Positions 59,052-64,000 of a stretch of DNA of 64,000 nt are shown here, piece by piece. The position numbers and the translations under genes were made by a program. Position 1 is the stretch's first letter. Each line of letters begins with the position of its first letter. The stretch lies in assembly GCA_963662465.1 (NCBI GenBank), contig OY759599.1, positions 6,752,001 to 6,816,000 on the forward strand, given 5' to 3'. The notes below the pieces were generated by a model. The model did not search any database. It saw only the letters and a program-made list of their open reading frames with translations, and was not told the DNA's origin. The DNA comes from Desulfatiglandales bacterium (lineage in GTDB: Bacteria > Desulfobacterota > DSM-4660 > Desulfatiglandales > Desulfatiglandaceae).

Positions 59052-59918
59052 ATGGCGGATAATATGCAGGGTTGCGCCATGGGCAACCAAAATGAACAGC
59101 ATCAGTTGCAGGATAAAGAGATTGAACAAAGTCTTGCTCGCATCAAACATAAAATCCTGGTGATGAGCGGCAAGGGCGGTGTGGGCAAGAGCAGTGTGGC
59201 CGCTTATCTGGCGGGTGCTCTGGCCAAAAGGGGTAAAAAAGTGGGGCTTATGGACGTGGATCTTCATGGTCCCAGTATTCCCCGCATGCTGGGGCTTACG
59301 GGCAATATCCAAAGCGGCGTCAACGGTGAAAAGGCCAAACCCATCGAATACCTGCCCAACTTGCAGGTGATTTCCGTGGAGCCCCTCCTGGGAGAAAACA
59401 AGGATGCCGCAACTATCTGGCGGGGCCCTCTCAAGATCGGCGTCATTCGGCAGTTCATTTCCGATATTGAGTGGAATGATCTTGACTATCTGATTATCGA
59501 TTCGCCTCCCGGGACGGGCGATGAGCCCTTGACCGTTGCTCAGACCATCCCTGGGGCGGAAGCGTTGATTGTGACGACCCCTCAGGAAGTTTCCCTGGCG
59601 GATGTACGGAAATCCATCAGCTTCTGCCGCCAGGTTAATATGAAGATCCTCGGTCTGGTGGAAAATATGAGTGGCCTGATTTGCCCTCATTGTGGAAAAA
59701 CCATTGAATTGTTCAAGACTCACGGCGGCATGTTGACCGCTAAAAAAGAAAGCCTGAGATTCCTGGCAAGTCTGCCCCTGGAGCCGGAAGTGGTGATGCA
59801 GGGCGATGCCGGCGGTTTGGCGGTCCTTGAAAACGACAGTCTGGTTTTTTCCCGGGAATTCAACAAAATGGTGGATGAAATTGTGAATGTTTATGATCGA
59901 GAAGGCGGGCTTCATTGA
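59052..59918 (+). CDS. Mrp/NBP35 ATPase (Fe-S carrier)
   Basis: SGKGGVGKS, DVDLHGPS, WRGP, DSPPGTGD, CPHC. Confidence 0.92.
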   Translation: MADNMQGCAMGNQNEQHQLQDKEIEQSLARIKHKILVMSGKGGVGKSSVAAYLAGALAKRGKKVGLMDVDLHGPSIPRMLGLTGNIQSGVNGEKAKPIEYLPNLQVISVEPLLGENKDAATIWRGPLKIGVIRQFISDIEWNDLDYLIIDSPPGTGDEPLTVAQTIPGAEALIVTTPQEVSLADVRKSISFCRQVNMKILGLVENMSGLICPHCGKTIELFKTHGGMLTAKKESLRFLASLPLEPEVVMQGDAGGLAVLENDSLVFSREFNKMVDEIVNVYDREGGLH

Positions 59919-59972
59919 GATCGGGTGAACTCTTGGATTAATGGTTCATAGTTGTGAAATAGGAACATTGCA

Positions 59973-60416
59973 ATGGCTGATAATCTGACGGATGTGAAAA
60001 AATTGCAGCAAGAGATTCTGCTGAAAAATGACGGTTACGGCGTTCCGGCGTTTGAGCGATGGCTCAATCCTCGTTACCGGGGCACCCTGGATGATCCCGA
60101 TGGATACGCCCGTGTGACCGGCCCCTGTGGGGATACTATGGAGATTTTTCTGCGGTTTGACAAGGACCGGATCAACCAGGCGGCATTTGAAACGGACGGG
60201 TGCGGGTCTAGCGCCGTATGCGGGTCTTTTGCAGCGGAAATGGCCTTTGGAAAGACCCCGGATGAGCTTCTGGCGGTAACCGGAGAGGCAATCCTTGAAA
60301 AAATGGGGGGCGCGCCCGAAAAAGAGCAGCATTGCGCCTTCCTGGCGGGGGAGACCCTTCAGGAGGCGCTTGGCAACTATATGATGAAAATTACGTCGGC
60401 TGGAAAAGACGGGTGA
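59973..60416 (+). CDS. NifU/IscU-like Fe-S scaffold
   Basis: GPCGDTM, DGCG, HCAFLA. Confidence 0.85.
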   Translation: MADNLTDVKKLQQEILLKNDGYGVPAFERWLNPRYRGTLDDPDGYARVTGPCGDTMEIFLRFDKDRINQAAFETDGCGSSAVCGSFAAEMAFGKTPDELLAVTGEAILEKMGGAPEKEQHCAFLAGETLQEALGNYMMKITSAGKDG

Positions 60417-60420
60417 TACG

Positions 60421-61284
60421 CTATTCCCCTTTTTTGGGCTTTTTGAAAACCAGAAAACTGCAGAGTTTGCAGATATCGAAGCCCGGATAGGTCTCGCCCG
60501 TGCGTGGAAAAGATACCCCGCCGTCACGAATCGTTCGCTCCAGGGTCCAGTGAAAAGTCGGTTCAAATTGTCCATAGGGCCAGATGTAGTTCATTTCCCC
60601 CTGTTCGGTTTTTCCGGCTGTTTTGCTGCTGCTGCACATCTGGGTGACATTCGGCTTTTTCGTGACATAACATTGGGCGCATCCATGACAAATGGATGAG
60701 TTCATGGTCATGACCGTTTCAAATGGATGGGTATCATGGGCCGCGCACCAGTCGTTGGCCATATGGTACGATTGCAGTGGGTCGCACATGCCATGAATCA
60801 GGTCGGGTTCAAAGGGCGCGGCGTGCAGGGGGGCTGTGGCAAAGGCCAGCAAACCCGGCGGCAGGCGTTTTTTGGTCTTGAGAAATTTCTCGGCCTGTTC
60901 CCGGCTTTTGGTGTATTTTAAGTGACTCTTTATTTCCGCTTCATCGATCTCTTTCCAGCCTAACACGTATTTTGCATTGGAACACCCTAGCTTGTCTTTT
61001 GTTCCCAGCAGGACATCCCCCCGCTGCCGGGATGCGGCCACATAGTGACAGAACGTATAGGGTCTGAGTCCCACCTGATAATCAATATTGGCTTTGAAAT
61101 CCGCCAGTTCTGCTTCGTCGAAAAAATATTTTATCGCTACGGGATAGTATTTCATTTTCAAAAGGTTGCGAAGCCCGAATACAATGTCCGACGGGCTCAG
61201 TTTACCATCGTTTACCTCTGCATTTTCAAGCAATCCCTTCGCTAAACTTACATCATCCATCAAAAGTCGGGTGTCTAATGTCAT
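60421..61284 (-). CDS. DUF169 family protein
   Basis: YPVAIK, FCHYV..R, conserved Cys pattern. Confidence 0.7.
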   Translation of the reverse strand: MTLDTRLLMDDVSLAKGLLENAEVNDGKLSPSDIVFGLRNLLKMKYYPVAIKYFFDEAELADFKANIDYQVGLRPYTFCHYVAASRQRGDVLLGTKDKLGCSNAKYVLGWKEIDEAEIKSHLKYTKSREQAEKFLKTKKRLPPGLLAFATAPLHAAPFEPDLIHGMCDPLQSYHMANDWCAAHDTHPFETVMTMNSSICHGCAQCYVTKKPNVTQMCSSSKTAGKTEQGEMNYIWPYGQFEPTFHWTLERTIRDGGVSFPRTGETYPGFDICKLCSFLVFKKPKKGE

Positions 61285-61692
61285 CTATGATCTCCTGTCG
61301 CTGATTTTTTTTTAACCGCTTGCCCTTTTCATTTACATCTTCTGAGGTTGGCTATTGCAAATCCTATTTTAAGAACCGTTTAAAGTCAAACCACTTTTTC
61401 AATTGACTAAGGAACCTCAGTAATTCTATCAATCATTCAGCGCAATGATAATGCAGAGAGAAGTATTGCATTTTCTGGGAGCTATAGCGCTCAGATAAAC
61501 TGGTACAGGTCTGCTCAGATAAATTGATACACCAATTTTTTTTGGATTTCCCTACCTCTAAAGATAAAAACCCTTTACAGAAAAAGATACCCCTCGTAAT
61601 ACCCTATAATTTTGAGACCAATCAAAAAGAAAGAGGTATCACGAGGGTATGCCCAATTACATCAGTGACATAAGTGAGCAACTGGCTTTTTT

Positions 61693-62244
61693 ATAATAGA
61701 AATCCAAGGCCATTTTCAATTTATTTCTGGCTGGTACCGGGATGGAGAGGTCCGTGGTCTTGTTGCTCGCTATTATTTTGTTGTTCGCTCGGTTCTCAAG
61801 GAGAAACCCCACCTTAAAAACTGCCTGACTCGTTGCAAGCACTGCGGCATCTTTTTTATCACCCATCCCCGGAATGCCGGCCGAAATAATCTTGGTTGCC
61901 CCTTTGGCTGCCGGGAAGCTCACCGCCGAAAAAAATCCACGGAGAGAAGTACGGAGTATTACCGTAATAAAGAAGGCAAGGAAAAGAAAAAGGCCTTAAA
62001 CGAGAATCGCGGCAAAAAGGACAGCCCCCCGAAAGAAAAACAGGCGGAAACAATAGATGATGAACGTGAAGTGGTTGATGGCATTGTTCATCATGTTCGG
62101 ATGGTTACGAGCTTGATTGAAGGTCGTAATGTAAGCCTGGATGAAATTTATCGCATGCTGAACAATCCGATGAGACAACACAGCATCGACTCTGCGGAAA
62201 AATCGTTTTATGGTGGCCCTGGCTCTCGAAAAACTCCCCCGTGA
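61693..62244 (+). CDS. Cys-rich (Zn-finger-like) hypothetical protein; start codon uncertain; absent from the ORF track
   Basis: Open frame read by hand: ...CLTRCKHCGIFFITHPRNAGRNNLGCPFGCREAHRRKKS...KTPP*. Confidence 0.6.
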   Translation: MIEIQGHFQFISGWYRDGEVRGLVARYYFVVRSVLKEKPHLKNCLTRCKHCGIFFITHPRNAGRNNLGCPFGCREAHRRKKSTERSTEYYRNKEGKEKKKALNENRGKKDSPPKEKQAETIDDEREVVDGIVHHVRMVTSLIEGRNVSLDEIYRMLNNPMRQHSIDSAEKSFYGGPGSRKTPP

Positions 62245-62253
62245 GGAAGCAAA

Positions 62254-63150
62254 ATGGTCGATCAGATAGAAATTTCCAGTTTTGATTTACGATATGAGGA
62301 TTGCCGTTTGAAATCAGCAGGGACGGAAAGAGCCCTTTTGACCTCTGTGTCGGAAAACGGTATCCGGGATCCGCTCCAAGGGGTGGACATTGAAGACCAC
62401 AAAATTTTGCTCGATGGCTTCAAAAGATACCGGTGCGCAAAGAAATTGCATATCGAGATTGTGCCTTATCGGTCGATGGGGCGCGATGAGGCGAGTGGCA
62501 TCATTGATCTGATCCGGTTATCAAACACAAAATCCCTTAACATTCTGGAGCAGGCCCGTTTAATCGATGAACTGAAGCGAGGTCACCAGATGAGTCATTC
62601 AGATATCGCCGGACTGCTTGAAAAAAGCAAATCCTGGGTCAGCATGCGTTGCGGCATTATGGGTGAGATGAGTGAAACCGTGAAGAAAGAAGTTTTTGCC
62701 GGAAAATTTCCGGTCTATTCATTTATGTATACTCTGCGGGGGTTCATACGTATGAACACCGTTAAAAAAAGTGAAATTGATGAATTTGTTCGGTCCGTGT
62801 CAGGCAAAAAGCTGAGCATACGGGATATTGATCTGTTGGCAAATGGCTATTTCAAGGGTTCGGAGGAATTCCGGGAACAAATCAGAACCGGCAATCTTTC
62901 CTGGGGACTTGAGCGATTAAAACATCATAGCGCAATAAGCGATGGTCTGAGTAAGCGGGAAAAAACCCATTTGAAAACCCTCGAAACCATCTTGAGATAC
63001 ATACAGCGATTTATGGCGCAACAAAATGTTTCCTCCATGAGCAACGCATTTGCAGCCCAGGCCAACATGTTGTCGGGCGATATTATACAACTTTTTGATG
63101 CTTTTAAAATAGCAATGGAAGCCTTTCATGATACCACCGAACAAACGTAA
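62254..63150 (+). CDS. ParB/Srx-like protein with HTH
   Basis: NGIRDPL, LLDGFKRYRCA, IAGLLEKSKSWVSMR. Confidence 0.82.
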   Translation: MVDQIEISSFDLRYEDCRLKSAGTERALLTSVSENGIRDPLQGVDIEDHKILLDGFKRYRCAKKLHIEIVPYRSMGRDEASGIIDLIRLSNTKSLNILEQARLIDELKRGHQMSHSDIAGLLEKSKSWVSMRCGIMGEMSETVKKEVFAGKFPVYSFMYTLRGFIRMNTVKKSEIDEFVRSVSGKKLSIRDIDLLANGYFKGSEEFREQIRTGNLSWGLERLKHHSAISDGLSKREKTHLKTLETILRYIQRFMAQQNVSSMSNAFAAQANMLSGDIIQLFDAFKIAMEAFHDTTEQT

Positions 63151-64000
63151 AGCGATTTTCCTGCTGCATCAGGAGGGCATGGGCGTACGGGAGATCGCTC
63201 GCAGCATACACATCAGTCCCACCACCGTAATGGAAATTATCGGCCAAAAGGGCGAGATGCCTGAAATCCTACGTAAAGATAAAATCAAGATTGATTCGGC
63301 GCTTTTGGCAAATCTTTATGAAACATGTCAGGGCCGTGCGCAAAGAGTGTATGAAAAACTGACTGAAGAAGAAGGGATTGATGTTGCCTATTCAACCTTG
63401 ACTCGAATGCTCCGGGAACAGGGTTTGAGCCATAAAAAATCCGACCGGTGTCAACAGGTTCCGGACGTGCCCGGAGCTGAGATGCAGCATGACACGTCGC
63501 CTTATCGTATAAAACTGGGCAAAGAAATAGTGTTGGTCCAAGGAAGTCTTTTATATTTTCGGTATTGCAAAATTCGCTATCTGAAATTCTATCGTTCATT
63601 CAACCGGTTCCAAATGAAATGCTTTTTTCATGAAGCCCTTATGTACTGGCAATACGCGGCAGCGAACTGCATCATCGATAATACGAATCTGGCCCGTTTA
63701 CGGGGCACCGGCAAAGATGCCGTCATCGTTCCTGAAATGGAACGGTTCGCCAAACAGTACAGTTTCAAATTTGTATGCCATGAAATAGGGCATGCAAACC
63801 GAAAAGCAGGCAATGAGCGGGGTTTTTATACAGTGGAAACCAACTTTTTTCCAGGCCGTTCTTTTGAAAACCTTGAAGACATGAATCACCAGTCTTACAT
63901 ATGGGCGACTGATCGATCGGCCAACAGGCCCACCGGAAAGACGCGGCTGATCCCCTCCGTGGCTTTTGAATCTGAAAAACCATATCTCAGAAAAATGCCG
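63128..64000 (+). CDS. IS21-family transposase IstA (partial)
   Basis: MIPPNKRKAIFLLHQEGMGVREIAR HTH; PGAEMQHDTS, IIDN, ANRKAGNER (DDE). Confidence 0.82.
   Translation, partial: MIPPNKRKAIFLLHQEGMGVREIARSIHISPTTVMEIIGQKGEMPEILRKDKIKIDSALLANLYETCQGRAQRVYEKLTEEEGIDVAYSTLTRMLREQGLSHKKSDRCQQVPDVPGAEMQHDTSPYRIKLGKEIVLVQGSLLYFRYCKIRYLKFYRSFNRFQMKCFFHEALMYWQYAAANCIIDNTNLARLRGTGKDAVIVPEMERFAKQYSFKFVCHEIGHANRKAGNERGFYTVETNFFPGRSFENLEDMNHQSYIWATDRSANRPTGKTRLIPSVAFESEKPYLRKMP

Larger units (their letters stand above)
61483..64000 (+). mobile_element. IS21-like element with accessory genes; truncated by the window edge
   Basis: Tandem terminal repeats GCTCAGATAAACTGGTACA / GCTCAGATAAATTGATACA (61489-61531), then three co-oriented ORFs ending in an IstA-like gene; left end approximate. 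Confidence 0.75.

Noticed and set aside
57853..59915. Long antisense ORFs (279 aa and 305 aa)
   Set aside because: They are shadows of the MBL hydrolase and Mrp genes on the opposite strand.
55922..60416. Nitrogen fixation cluster
   Set aside because: Only generic NifX-like, NifU-like and Mrp genes are present, with no nifHDK; this arrangement is common in anaerobes.

Overview
The window is bacterial chromosome, probably from a Desulfobacterota/deltaproteobacterium (inferred from gene content). Bases 1-41.7 kb are the proximal end of a large sedentary chromosomal integron: intI at 40731-41711 (+), attI near 40517, and a minus-strand array with 14 recognisable attC sites that continues past base 1. 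The cassettes are unusually large. They carry secreted DUF1566/Lcl multidomain proteins, four toxin-antitoxin pairs, HNH proteins, an adenylate cyclase, and two copies of an IS91-like HUH transposase packaged as a cassette. Four group II introns of three kinds sit in attC core sites. One is an ORF-less IIC intron in the classical antisense position. Three are non-IIC introns in the sense strand of the R' core, and their exon-binding loops (EBS1 in all three, EBS2 in two) are complementary to the attC sequence. This is the most notable system here. Two IS1634 elements each split a cassette gene, and three MITEs with target-site duplications are also present. Bases 41.7-61.3 kb are housekeeping genes (uup-like, fba, rsfS, nadD, proBA, obgE, rpmA, rplU) and a NifX/NifU/Mrp metal-cofactor cluster. 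The window ends inside an IS21-like element carrying extra Zn-finger and ParB-like genes.
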